A DNA stretch of 64,000 bases from Phoronis australis (GCA_002633005.1 NMRA01000272.1:62001-126000); one strand, 5' to 3'; shown: positions 40,720 through 53,396, counted from the first letter of the stretch. A program made the numbers and translations. Notes: generated by a model from the letters alone, not told the origin.

Positions 40720-41888
40720 AATCGCTTTTCACTTTGTCCAACGGTGAAATAGATGGTCAGGCGGTTGGTTTCAGTTGTTTTTTCTTGCCTGTAACAGAAA
40801 ATCAGGTGCTGAATTTCTGAATTACGTTCAATTCTCTCAGGTTATTGCTGAAGGATTGCTTTTCACTTTGTCCAACAGTGAAATAGATGGTCAGGCGGTT
40901 GGTTTCAGTTGTTTTTTCTTGCCTGTAAGAGAATAGAAATATTAGCAAATTATAAAAGAAAAGACAAGACAAAACTACTTTTGTAAGGCAGAACATACTT
41001 GACATTTCATGTTTATGTGTAGAAACTAATAACCTTTGTACCCAAGTCTTATTTAATATCTGCATAAAAATATGTGAAACAGGCTAAAAGTGATTTAACA
41101 ATGTGTATTTTTCATGACACTTAAAATTGCTTCTGATCTCAACTAGTAAAATTCATTCTAGGAGTCAATTTTTTTCCAATGCAATGTTACCACATTTACT
41201 GAATTAAGGCTTATTCAAGTTAATTCGATAACTGAGCTGGTGGTCCTGGTGGTGGGGTCCACGATAAAATAAGGAAACTCACTCATCTAGAGAATTTTAT
41301 TGGAAACAGCATAGTTTTGAAGAGAAACTGCTGTGAAAAAGTCACTCTTGACTTCTGTGCAGCACGTACCATACACCTCTTATTTTGGGAGCACTCCCAC
41401 CCAGGAGAATATGAATATGTGCTGCTAGCCTACCCGGCATTGGGTGAGTTTCCAAAAAGAAACACTTAGTTCCACTCAATAAAACTGTTATTCAGTGGGG
41501 TAACTGGTGGGGATAACATCACCGAACGATGTTGATAGAAACTGATTGCTAAAAACTTACCAAGTAATGTTGTGTAGTCTCCGAATGGAACTGCATAGTC
41601 ATAGAGCAGACACGGGGCTTCAGCATTCACGCACTTTTTGTCAGTTAGTTGACTTTGTTGACCGCAATTGTCCACGAATATAGTAACCTTAGGTCTTTTG
41701 GGAATTTGTGGCCACCTGTCGAAGACTTGCACCAGGGAAATTAGCAGTAATAAGGCTTAGCGCGACGACGTATTTTGACAAAAATTCCATCTTTTACCAG
41801 TTGTTTACCTGCAGACAGCCACGCATGCGCAATTTAATCACCACTAGTACAGCAGCGACACCACGAGGAGAATTCTCCGAATAGCCCC
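40720..41888 (-). mobile_element. Partial inverted copy of the GGGGCTATTCGG TIR element
   Basis: Reverse complement aligns by eye with ~14755-15790 (e.g. ataagaggtgtatggtacgtg, tagatgagtgagtttccttatttt, caataacctgagagaattgaac); internal ~70-bp duplication at 40724 and 40858. Confidence 0.8.
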
Positions 41889-42159
41889 ATTCAAATGCTA
41901 CTTTGGGCTTCTGGCCTTAGATGTGAAAAATGTTGAACTAAGTAAATTGATCAGGCAAGGAAAATTTGTGTGGTATCCTGGCAGGCTCAATCAAATGTTC
42001 TAATATACATGTCGTCATCTCAGCCTTCCCATTGACTTTAGCATTGCATTTTATAAGCGGTTCACTCAATGTTAGTAGTTTAATTCAATCATAATTCACT
42101 TCTGCAAGACACCAATTACAATTTGTAACTGGTAAGTAGTTTAACTATTAAACAGTTAC

Positions 42160-42283
42160 CATTGGCTCTGAGTATTGACTGGAATTCATACTCCTCAAAT
42201 AAGATTTCATCAACTGCTTCTTGCAAACTTAAAAAATTGAAATATGGTTCTGTTAGAATAATACCGCTTGATGAAAAATCCAC
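42160..42283 (-). CDS. ACTR6: Actin-related protein 6, coding exon 4
   Basis: tttcag|GTG...AATG|gtaac; 124 nt; VDFSSSGIILTEPYFNFLSLQEAVDEILFEEYEFQSILRAN is the ARP6 signature. Confidence 0.95.
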
Positions 42284-42493
42284 CTGAAATATAAACAAAA
42301 TAGATAAGAAAATTACAAACTTTCAGAAAAGTCAAGTGACACAAGAAATACTTGGGCACAAGAGTTCTGGCACAATGTGGACGCCAAGTTTCACACCAAA
42401 CCTACACACGACCACAAACATTTTAAGGCTGCTCTGCATGCCACCTGTTAGCCATACCACATGACCTAATCAATAAAAGTCTGAAAAAATTTC

Positions 42494-42568
42494 TGCCACG
42501 ACCATGACTGAAACCCAGGACCTACAATTAACGATTCAGACGCTAGAACCCACTAAGCCATCAAGACC
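42494..42568 (-). repeat. tRNA-derived (SINE-head-like) sequence
   Basis: Minus strand GGTCTTGATGGCTTAGTGGGTTCTAGCGTCTGAATCGTTAATTGTAGGTCCTGGGTTTCAGTC has an A-box (TGGCTTAGTGG) and a degenerate B-box; the cloverleaf is not intact. Confidence 0.45.
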
Positions 42569-43082
42569 ACTGGTCAAACACAAAAACCGCTCAGTCTTAA
42601 TAGTGGGCATCCTGCTCTTGAACTCCTGAATGTATATAAATATGTAAAACTTATACCGGAGTGAAATAAAGCTTTACATATTCATATAAACCTAAACAAA
42701 TTAAAGTCACTGTAAACCATGAGCAGGAACCTGTTTCTCAATGAGTTCATTGGCTTTTGTCTTTTGACTTTTAGCTAAAAACCAGTCTGCAAATGGCTTA
42801 GCTTGTTTCTCACAAAAACTGGCTGAAAGTCAGAAAAAGTCAGAAATTTGTTCTTATGCTCCACACAACTATTTCAGTACTTGGGAAAAAATGCAATTGA
42901 TGTTGTTCAGATATGGGAAAATAAGAAAGTAAGAGAATGACCCCCTGGCATAGCTTTTTGAGACACTGTTAAATTCACTGTAAGTTTAAGTCAAGAGAAG
43001 CTGATAAGTTTGAATGTGAGAGTGAATGGTTTATCTTCCTCACGTGATTTGTTAATTTTTATTGTTTCATTGAAATACATTT

Positions 43083-43868
43083 AAGAAACAACAGCAACGT
43101 GTAGTTCTGAAATTTGCCCACAAGAGCACCACAAATGGTGTGCTCCTGTGGGAGTGTTTAGTATCACAAAAATAGCCATTAGGTGGCACAGAATATGTCA
43201 AACCCGTCCAAAAATGGGACGATGGTGTCATCATTCTAATACAAAACTATTTTTCAAATTTCATGAAGATCAACCAAGGAACTCCAAAGAAACAGAGGCA
43301 AACAAAAACAATATAATTGACACTAGGGGGGCACAGTTACAGTCCGATTGTTCTGAAACTAGTGGTCATATGTTGCCAACTCCATAGGATGAGTGTCATC
43401 TGCCAAATTTCGAAAAGATACTTCGAAGAGTAAGGAGATACAGCCGTAAACGCGAAAAAACAAAATTGACCCTAGGCAACAACAGAGTAGTTGAACCCGT
43501 CCAAAAATCAACAAAAGTGGCTACAAGGTGGCGTAAAATATGTCAAATCTGACCAAAAATGGAATGGCATCGCCATCCCCTTAATAAAAGCCTATTTCAT
43601 GAACTTCCATCAGGAACTTCAAAGATACAGAGGCAAATGTAAAAAAACTGAAATTGCAACTAACAATGGAACACTGTGGTTGTCCGATCGAAATTCCTCA
43701 TCACCTGCTGTCAGCTCCATAGGAACACACTAGCTAAATTTCAGTAAGATCCTGCTAGGGGTTTAGGAGATATAGCAGTGGACACCGGACAATGAATGCT
43801 GGATGCCCAGACAGAGATGACGACAATATGCACCAACAAAATTATAAATATGTGCGCGAATAAAAATA
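43083..43868. mobile_element. Decayed Helentron-associated (HINE-like) repeat with internal tandem units
   Basis: Repeated aaatttc...gat...ggagata modules and a duplicated block (43170-43310 vs 43510-43645), typical of invertebrate non-autonomous rolling-circle elements; termini not resolved. Confidence 0.45.
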
Positions 43869-43944
43869 TTTCAGAAAATCGCTTCAAATAAGGGTTAAAT
43901 GGCAAGATTTACAAAGCAAATTGAAGCTGTAATAGGCTGATATA

Positions 43945-44623
43945 AGGCCTGTTCACGCAACTCTTTTTTGCAGAAAATTTTGCACAATATTTTGCGGAAT
44001 CAGGATTGTGGAAAAAAACTGTCACGCAAACGCAAAAATACCGCAATCCCTGTTTCACCAAATTTTGGGGAGTTTATTACGGAAAAACGCTTCAGACGCT
44101 GGGACAGTTGTTTACACAACCTTGATAATTAATTACTCGTCACATACTTGATACAAACCAGAAGATTGACGACGCGTTTATTGCACTGTGAATGGTACAA
44201 GAATTCCCGCTTTATTTCAAAAAAACTCTCTAAATCTCTCTCGTCTCGCTTTGTAAAAATTTGGTTTATCTAAAAATGTGGTCAGACGCAGAGTCTGAGT
44301 TACTCATCATCATGTGGCGGGAAGCAGTATTGGATGGCCAGCCAACTGGGACGAAGAAGAATGGACCGGCTTTCGTGGAATCAATATCGAACTTGAGGTA
44401 ACTAGGCAAAATTCAGTTCTGCTCAATCAGTTGATGAGTCATAAGTCCTTGTAAATATCTGCATTCGTGTCAGCGTCATATTCTTTTCCTTCCGTTTTGA
44501 TATTTTCAGTTGACAGAAATTGCGGAACTGACAAGAGTCGCATGAATACTCATGGATTGTAGAAATTTTGGCAGAATGGAATTGCGCATTTTTTCTGCAG
44601 CTTTTCCTCGAGTGAACAGCCCT
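43945..44623 (+). mobile_element. PIF/Harbinger-like non-autonomous element with Myb/SANT (trihelix) gene remnant
   Basis: TIRs aggcctgttcac / gtgaacagccct, 3-bp flanks ata/ata; internal MWSDAESELLIIMWREAVLDGQPTGTKKNGPAFVESIS from 44276. Confidence 0.75.
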
Positions 44624-44627
44624 ATAA

Positions 44628-44695
44628 AGTGCCCGTATTTTGAGAACCAGTTTTCTGCACTGAATAACGGGCACCAACTGGTTCTCAAAATGCAA
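44628..44695. repeat. Short foldback repeat family (tttgagaaccag...ctggttctcaaaa)
   Basis: Hairpin with related copies at ~30221-30270 and ~36930-37010. Confidence 0.6.
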
Positions 44696-44776
44696 CCAAG
44701 TTAGATCAGACCATTGTCAAATAGCCAGTAGGTGTTCTATAACCATACTTTCATATCAAAAAGTCCAACAGCTTAC

Positions 44777-44845
44777 CTTCAAGACATCTTTTCCAAACAT
44801 ATAATCCCAAACTTGTTTCTCTATTTCCCAGTTTGTTAAGTAACC
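44777..44845 (-). CDS. ACTR6: Actin-related protein 6, coding exon 3
   Basis: ttccag|GGT...AAG|gtaagc; 69 nt, phase 0-0; GYLTNWEIEKQVWDYMFGKDVLK. Confidence 0.95.
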
Positions 44846-45171
44846 CTGGAATGTTCAAAATAAGATGAGGCTCAGTACGTTAAATAACCCTGGAATGTTC
44901 AAAATAAGACAATGAACCATTTGCCTATTCCCACTTCTCTGCAGTGAGCAAGAGAACCTTTCAAATTTCGCTGGACAGAAACACTCCATTGCATGTTACC
45001 TAGTTCCTGTGCAGCTATGGCTGGTTGTAGTTTATTCAGAGCATTACAAGTTAAGTGCCAAGGACACATGTGCATGTCCGCAACAGTCAGGGCCTGACTT
45101 TACAACCTTAACAAGCTTGTCGTTCATGATACTCAGACGCCATTCAGAATTGGTGGATGTGAAATCACTTG

Positions 45172-47043
45172 TTACTTGGCGGAATTCTTCCGCCAAGTAT
45201 GTTGATCTGACAGCAAGTTTTTTTTTTTTTTGTTTGTTTGTTCGCACTCTACAGGTCGCAATTTTCGTCCGATTTTCACAAAATTTGCACACAACATGTA
45301 GATCGGAAGGTCCTAGAAGCCTATTGTTTTTGGTCATGATCGCATACAAAATGGCGGACGTGGCGGCCATTTTGTATCCGATTTCGCAGTCAAATACTCG
45401 TAGAGGCCGCATTTTTCGACCTACATGGCTGAAAATCGGTACGAATATACTAGAACGCATGTGCTACAATTGTACAGAAAATCGTTGACTTCCCGTTAAA
45501 GATGGCGGAAATATTGGACGTGGCGCATGCGCACCCCGAAATATGGCTAAAAACGTTTTCTCCTGTAGAGGGCGCAATTGCAAACCAATCACTTTCAAAC
45601 TGGTCACGTGTTCGTTGAGTTTAATAAGCTTTTATAAAAAATTATTGAACCGGAAGTCACCTTCAAGATGGCGGCTGTGGGGCATGTTCACACGGTTTCA
45701 ATCGCTCTGCTGTCGCATTTTTTATGGGAAGAGCAAATGACGTGAATTTTTGCATGTGGATTCCTTGAAGTATGGCCTTTCAAAAAGTCTGCGAGAGCGT
45801 ATTTCTCAGACTTACCGTTTTCGAGTTATTTGACTTTGAATTTCAAAAAAAACGGCAAATTTTCAATTTTCTCGAAAAATTTTTGGATTTTTGCCAAACT
45901 ACCACATTAGATAGAGATTTGAACGGGCTTTCAGAGGATACTTTCCATTTTGCGCTACGACGTCTACTTTTTGAATTATTCGAGATTTTCGGATACCGTT
46001 GTCCCTATGCAACGCGCAGGTGGCTGGCTTTCAGTTCACTTTGTTTTGGTTATGCCTAGTTGACCCAGACTGACCCAGCCAGCACTGTCCTACTTTAAAG
46101 CATGGCTCGTCCGTCACGTTGCGCCATCTATTGTTCTTTATTGTAGTTGATTGTGTGCTCTCTATTTGATTTTTTGCTAGTCACATGAATGTTATCGTGT
46201 TTGACAAACTACCACTTTAGATAGAGTTTTGAACGGGCTTTCAGATGATAATTTTCATTTTGCGCTACGACGTCTACTTTTTGAATTATTTGAGATTTTC
46301 GGATACCGTTGTCCTTCGGTCACAGCCAGCTGGCTGGCTTTCAGTTCACTTTGTTTTGATTATGCCTAGTTGACCCAGACTGACCCAGCCAGCACTGTTC
46401 TACTGTAGACTGGACCGTCATGTGGCGCCATCTATCGTTCTTTATTGTAGTTGATTGTATGCTCTCTATTTGATTTCGTCGCTAGTCACATGAACGTTAT
46501 CGTGTTTGCCAAACTACCATTTTAGATAGAGTTTTGAACGGGCTTTCAGATGATAATTTCCATTTTGCGCTACGACGTCTACTTTTTGAATTATTCGAGA
46601 TTTTCGGATACCGTTGGTCCTTCGGTCACGTATGCACTCAGCTGGCTGGCTTTCAGTTCACTTTGTTTTGTTTATGTCTGCACAAGTTAACAGAGAGTTT
46701 TGACCCCGACTGACCCAGGTAGCACTGTCGTACTGTAGACTGGAATTCCAGGCGAAATACTATTGTAAACATAACTTTGCTCTGCAGACTGTCACATAGT
46801 GCCACCTATTTTGGATTGCGGGAACAAAGCATGGCTCGTCCGTCATGTTGCGCTATCTTTCTTTATTGTAGTTGATTGTCTGCTCTCTATTTGATTTCTT
46901 CGCTAGTCACATGAATGTTATCGTGTTATCATGTTATTCATAATTAACGCCTTGATCGTCTTGATTGTCGTCGTCTCCCTCATCGTCGTCTTTTCGATTA
47001 GTTCCGCCAAGTGTCGCTCCTCCGAGCGCTCTCGTGATTATTT
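45172..47043 (+). mobile_element. Non-autonomous Helentron (HINE/DINE-1-like) element with three ~305-bp internal tandem units
   Basis: 5' hairpin acttggcggaa-ttc-ttccgccaagt (45174-45198); 3' subterminal ttccgccaagt (47002-47012) followed by stem-loop cgctc-ctcc-gagcg; T-rich flanks; units start at ~45891, 46201, 46506. Confidence 0.8.
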
Positions 47044-47175
47044 GTTGTTTTGTAATTTTTCTTTTAGTCAGTACGACAACAATTGTAATAATGATATGTT
47101 GAATACTGGAAATGACCCTGAGATATGGATCAAATCATTGCTAGCTGATCTTTTATAGCGGAATAAAGAACATAC

Positions 47176-47293
47176 TTTTTGAAATGGAAGTAGAAAATAA
47201 AGTCCCGACAGATCTTTACATTCGTCAATTTGGGAGCCGGTGAACACTCGACTCTTGACATTCTTGGCTTTTGTCACACAGTTGGGTATCAGT
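47176..47293 (-). CDS. ACTR6: Actin-related protein 6, coding exon 2
   Basis: ttttcag|A CTG...AAA|gtatg; 118 nt, phase 2-0; LIPNCVTKAKNVKSRVFTGSQIDECKDLSGLYFLLPFQK. Confidence 0.95.
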
Positions 47294-47584
47294 CTGAAAA
47301 TATAAATAGTATGAACAAACAATACTGCACAACACATTCCATACGAATGTCCCACAGAGGTGGCGTGTACACAGCAAACAAGCAATCAACATGGGTATTA
47401 CTCTTGGTCAGACTATTGTACAAATACCATATGGTATTGTCAAGTCAACAGTGCTACTAGTGGATATAATAAGTTAAAAGTTGATTTTCAGTCAGAGTTC
47501 TGACCAGGAAATGACACAGGCAGTAATTTGGTGTCCACTTGGGATTTCCTGGGACTAGGTACAAAAACAGCTCTGGATCGCTTT

Positions 47585-49936
47585 CGGCTAAATTACAATC
47601 AAGGTCCATATTCGAGAGTTGACTGTGTTACTGTCTAAAATAAATTTTTTTGGTCACTTACCAACTGAATCTCATATGCATAGAGTTATTTAGTTGTGCA
47701 AATTAAAAAAAGAATCATCAAAATCAGAAAATGTCTGAGAAATTTATGCATGTTTTTGTCTATGAATTTCATGCATTTTTAGTATTACAAGTGGCCATTT
47801 TAAAAATTACAATTTTCAACTGTCAACAGTAGAAAAGAAAAAAGTAAGTAATTGCTTTGATATGACTGGGAATAACTTGAGTCACTTTCAGAATCAGTTA
47901 GATGAAGTTGTGCTTAATCATTGAGAAATGGTAGGGTTCATCATAAAACAGGCACTAGTTACAAAATTTGCAAATTCTGTGTTTGTAACCCTCGCCTACT
48001 GTAAAGAAGGTTAAAACCCAAAGTTCATGCTCTGTAATAAAAAGAACTGCAGAATATGTTAGCATAGGCAACACAGCAAATTATTCAATATCTAAACAAA
48101 CCAAAAGTTTGGGCATTAGATGGGTTCTGCTATGTTGAAAATGGGTCAAAGAGGCTAACAAAATGTAGTGTACGTACCCCCATGTGGAATCCAGTAACAG
48201 AAATAGTCATTGCAAATGAAATTATTGCCTTTTAAATAACAATATGGTGCTTATTATCACCAAAGAAAAATAAATGGCCATACAACATTATGTTACCATG
48301 TGATGCAGAAACAGTGATGTAGTGCACGTACCCCCTTTTGTAGTGTACATACCCCCATGTTTACAAATGCCATGAAATTAAAATATCACTTGGTGAGTGA
48401 GCAACATTAGTCATAGACAGTTTCCTTCCTTAAAAATGTTAGGTTAAAAGAGTGTTTATTGCAAATACATTTGTTTTGAGTGAAATATTAGCATTTGTGT
48501 AGTGTACGAACCCCCATATTTTAATGTGTGCCTATTTTCAAAGTATGGCAGATATACACATGAATGCTGTGCTTTTTATTTTTTATCTTTGAATTGATTT
48601 AGTAAATCAACTAATTCTCAGTAGATTCTTAGTATTTAGTTACAAACCTGACATGTTATTGAAATGTAGTGTACGTACCCCTGTGCAGTGTACGTACCCC
48701 GATTTGAACTAATAACATGAAACAAAAATATTACATAGTAAGTATGCAACATTTGTCACAGACAGTTTCCTCCATTAAAAATGCTAGGTTAAAAAGGTGT
48801 TAATTACAAATGCATTTGTTTTGAGTGAAATATTAGCATTTGTGTAGGGTACGTACCCCTATATTTTAACATGTGTCTGTTTTCAAAGAATGGCAGACAG
48901 ATATACACATTTATGCTGTATTTTTATTTGTTCTCTTTGAATGGATTTGGTAAATGAACTAACGCTCAGTTGGTTCTAAGTATTTTTATAAACTTGACAA
49001 GTCATTGAAATGTAGTGTATGTACCCCTGTGTAGTGTACGTACCTCCAACCTCTGTGCTATAAAGTATTGCCCACAAGTATTTTTACATACCGCTGTTCT
49101 CATGAACAATACTGATATTTCCAGAATGCATACAGTCTGACAAAAAACAATAGACATTATTAAATTTATGGGCAATAAAATGCTACACAGGAAATGGCTA
49201 GTGACATCATAGAAGACAGGTCATGTGACAACTGATGGTGCAGAGGCAGGTTCTCTATCTCTCAAGACAACTTGCAACAAAACAACTAGTAGAGGCAGCA
49301 CAAAACTCGAGATCATCCCATGCATTTGTAACTTAGTCAAAATTTGACGTTGATTCACTGTGCGTAGTGTACGTACCCCCACCCCCAACCAATACCATTT
49401 TTTACCGTTTACAAGTTGAACACTGGGCCTAGCATTGCTTTAACTATTTTGACCAACTGGTGAATGTGTTGAAAACAGGCAAAAAGCACCACTAAAGATT
49501 TTGAAAAAAAGTAGTTACCTGTCATTTTCTTTTTGTAAGAATCATATTGCAAGAGAAGAAGTTCTCATTATACTGTGTAAAGATATGCAATGTATCATCA
49601 TCTAAAACAACTTGATCAGCACGGTAATAACTTTTCGTACTTTAGAATGTGATACTTCTTCAATTTGATCAAGAACTTAAATTAACAGCTACCTTATGAA
49701 TTTTTGTATGACAGAAGTGGGCTGTGACCACAAGTTGTAGTGTACATACCCTTTTATACAACTGCGATGCTTTAGGCCATAAAATTTTATTTTGGTGGTT
49801 CTTGTGCAAAAATATTTTAGATTACAAACCTGGAATGATGGTACTTTAAAATAACCCAGCGTTTACAGTTACATGACAACCTTCACTTTTCACCAAAAGT
49901 GGCCATCGAATATGGACCTTGATTGTGATTTAGCCG
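47585..49936. mobile_element. Unclassified non-autonomous TIR element (31-bp TIRs) with a repeated 16-bp internal motif
   Basis: cggctaaattacaatcaaggtccatattcga / tcgaatatggaccttgattgtgatttagccg; about 11 copies of gtagtgtacgtacccc; ~345-bp internal tandem duplication; no clear TSD. Confidence 0.8.
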
Positions 49937-52674
49937 TCTGTGTAAGAAATAAGTGAAATGACATCTGACAAAAAATCATTCTTATTACAAACTACAATGT
50001 TCCCTGAGTAAATAGATCTGTTTATAGTTCTAAAACATTGTTCCTGTTGTGGTATTCTGCACATAAACTTGTAGAGCCTTCATATGCATAAGCTTTTAGA
50101 ACTACATTGTAATCTGTTGACTAATTATTCCTGTTTTTGCTAATTCTTTGATTAACTGTTTTTCTTTCACAAAGTTATATGCAGGATATTATGAGAATTT
50201 TTTCAATTTGTAGTCAGTTTTGAGTATGTACAACGAGCAAAACAAATGTCTGAACAAATCCTGCTGCAGCAAAGTTATCATTATTTTCTAATATACGTTG
50301 TTTTGTAACAAAAAGGCTAGTAACTGACTTGTGTGTACCGTGAGCATACTTCTTGCTATAAGAGGAGTGTAGTTTTTAATGGCACTTACTTTGAGTCAGA
50401 TAATATTTTACTTAATTTCAATCCAAAGCTGTGTTTCTACTTATACTGGGACCCATGCGTTCTGAAGACACAAGACATTCACAAGTGAAATGATTATGAT
50501 TACGTGCCTTGCCACTTTTGCATGACAATATCTCTTGCCTTTCTCGCCGTACAGAATGTAGCTCAGCTTTGTACCAAGGCTAGCAGGCAAGGCCAGGGCA
50601 AAGGTGTTCGAGACTTTTTTTTTCAGAAATACTACTTGTGTTATATACATCATTAGTAAGCTCTTTGGGAGAAAAAGACAATGATGACAAATTAGTAGTA
50701 AAGAAAATGTCATTTTTGTAGTAAACTTTTTAGAGATCTATGAAGTTAAACATCGTCGAATGTGAAGTAAACTAACGAATGTGGTGTCAATAATATGAAT
50801 GCTGTCAGTATGTCATTTTAACGAACTTCACACCGGACCATTTTCAAAGAATTGTTTTTGAAATTGGTTGTGGTATTTCAACTTTCAATGGAGATTTCAT
50901 TACACAGTCTGTGTATTAATGTGGTCAAATGTTGAGGACGTGAAATAAAAGTGATCACTTTAGAAAAACGAATTACGTTATTTTAAGTCCGTACTAATGA
51001 CAAAAATGGGTAATTAGAAAAATAAATACCACTTTTTCAGACATCACCATTTCTTAATATGACGACTGCTCCATTTTTACAGTTATCACCTGAAAATGCA
51101 CACCCTACCACCATTTGTTTCACAAGCGCTCTACTGGGTCTTCAATCAAGGCCTACATCTAATCTAGTTAACAATCAGTCTACAGGTATCCTCAAGGAAG
51201 GTAGCAACAGGTCAAACGTATGAAAAGAATAATATCCCTTCCTTCCACAAAAGATGAAAAATATTTCCAAATCCAGAAATTGAGTTAAAAGGGAATCGGA
51301 TGGCATCATCAAAGACAGGAAGACAAATTTGGCACTTCATTGACAAATGAAATACCTGTGCTGATTAGGTCAATGAGTATCAGTACAGGACCGCATTTAT
51401 GTGAAACTTAGGCGCATTATTTCGGATATAGACCCATGGTCCTAAAGGTGCGACATTATGGTTAACTGTTGTTCATGAAAAGCAAGTTAATTTTTTAAAA
51501 GATAACGGGTTCACCTATAGGCGAATTAATGTATGGGCCTATGTGGGGGCCGTGGACATTATGTGGGTTTAAATACGAAACTTAGGCACATACACCAATA
51601 TGCTAAACACTTGGTTAAAAAAGGCCACGAAAATGGGCATTATTTTGGATATAAGCCCATAGTTCCACAAGACATCCTCTCATGTTACATTTTGTAAGAG
51701 TCAGACGTCAGGTCAGGTCCTCTGCTCAGTCTCTTGTTGCGACCTTAACTTGCGTGACGTCAATTGATAGACTTTATTGTATGTGGTGAAAAAACTAAAG
51801 GCAGCCAAACAGTGGAATATGACAGCGACATCCCGTTGTTCGCAACTTGTTCGATTCTATAGCCCAACAACAAGTTGGGAAGTTTACCCCCCCTCCCAAC
51901 CCCGTAACCAATATCTTACATGACTGATTAACTCCATTCTGGCATTTATGGTTGGAGGGCCTGCGCTCTTTTGTTCGATAATTGCTCTAATCTCCGAACA
52001 GATCATATCTAGCCTGGCTGGGCTGGGCTGATAAAAATGAAAGTTAAGTTATAACATATTTGAGCTTAAACCAATAGCATTTCTGAATTCCTCGTCAAAT
52101 GCTGATCATGTTCTGTTTTTGAATCACCAAAATCGCCCAACTACAACAGAAGTTAAGACAATCTATTCTGTCCAAACGGATTACCAACGCACTGGGTTTG
52201 ACTGTGTTCATATGTGTTCAGTAATAGCCTGCAACCACCATACGTTTTCTTTGAAACCTGGGAGATAATTGGCCTGCTTGTTATCATACAGGACAAAAGA
52301 CTGAGCTGGGCAGTTAACAAAAGAGCTAGATGTTATTGCACATTCAGCACCCCTCACGTCTGGAAAAGTTACTGAACGACAGAACGCTGTAATGATCGGA
52401 AGTATTTTCCAAAGTCATTTTAATGCCTAAAGACATTCTTCAGCGACAGGGTGAAAATCTCTTATTCGGTGACCAGATTTAGGCTACTGCCCAATAAAAA
52501 AGAGATAAAATTAGTAGGGACAGATGGGGAGTTTAGTAGCCTCTCACCAGCCAGCCAAGTGGCTACATGTTGCTTAGCTGGGAAGATGCAGTGGTTACTT
52601 ATAAGTGTGATATTCCTCGCAAACAATGAATGACCCCGATTGAAGGTCAAGCAGCAGGTTATCACACGTGTCAC

Positions 52675-52746
52675 ATAGTGGTGAGATTGCGAATCTCAAT
52701 AGTGGTGAGATTGCGAATCTCAATAGTGGTGAGATTGCGAATCTCA
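52675..52746. repeat. 24-bp minisatellite x3, each unit self-complementary
   Basis: atagtggtgagattgcgaatctca repeated three times exactly. Confidence 0.9.
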
Positions 52747-53396
52747 CCAGACCTACATCGGTTCTTTGTAGCTATACTCCCATTTTTACTTGAGGTATAT
52801 ACCTGAGATATCTTATAAAAGATCGAAATAAGATCCCATAGGGCATAGGTCAGAGATATAGGTCCCTGATTTAGAGGGCACTGGTTGAAATTTGCAGTCC
52901 TTGATAGATAGAAACAGGGCATTGGCATTAGTCAGATGTAGCAGTCCCACTTTAATCTTTAAACAACCATAATGTCTTCAATTTTTAACCTAGAATCATA
53001 ATTTTAGCATCCACGTATTCATTGAAGATATTCAAATTGTTGTGTGGTGTCTGTTTTGCCACACACTTTTTAAATTATCGACTTTAAAGACTTTATCCAC
53101 ACTCGGCAACCCGTTCAATGACAACAGTTTCATTCACTCAGTAACCATCCCGTAATTCAGTGATTGCCTGGTTTCTAAATCAAGGATTGCTATATCTGAC
53201 CAATGCCGATGCAGAGAACAACTTGAACAATGCAAGCTTTATCCATTGGCGGTTTTTACTGTCTTAATAGATTTAACGAGCAGGTTATACACTGATTGCA
53301 GGGTGTCTGGTTACATAACTCAGGGACCGTTCTATTCGACCAGTGCCCAGCAGTGAAAAACAAACTACGTATTTTTGTATGTTTAACTAGAACTAC

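Noticed and set aside
42494-42568. Functional tRNA gene
   Set aside because: Acceptor and T stems do not pair properly; treated as a tRNA-derived repeat.
45009-46059. Several 65-159 aa ORFs on both strands
   Set aside because: They lie in or span the HINE element inside ACTR6 intron 2; no protein motifs.
48160-49760. CRISPR-like array of 16-bp repeats
   Set aside because: Eukaryotic context, very irregular spacing, duplicated spacers, enclosed by TIRs, no cas genes.
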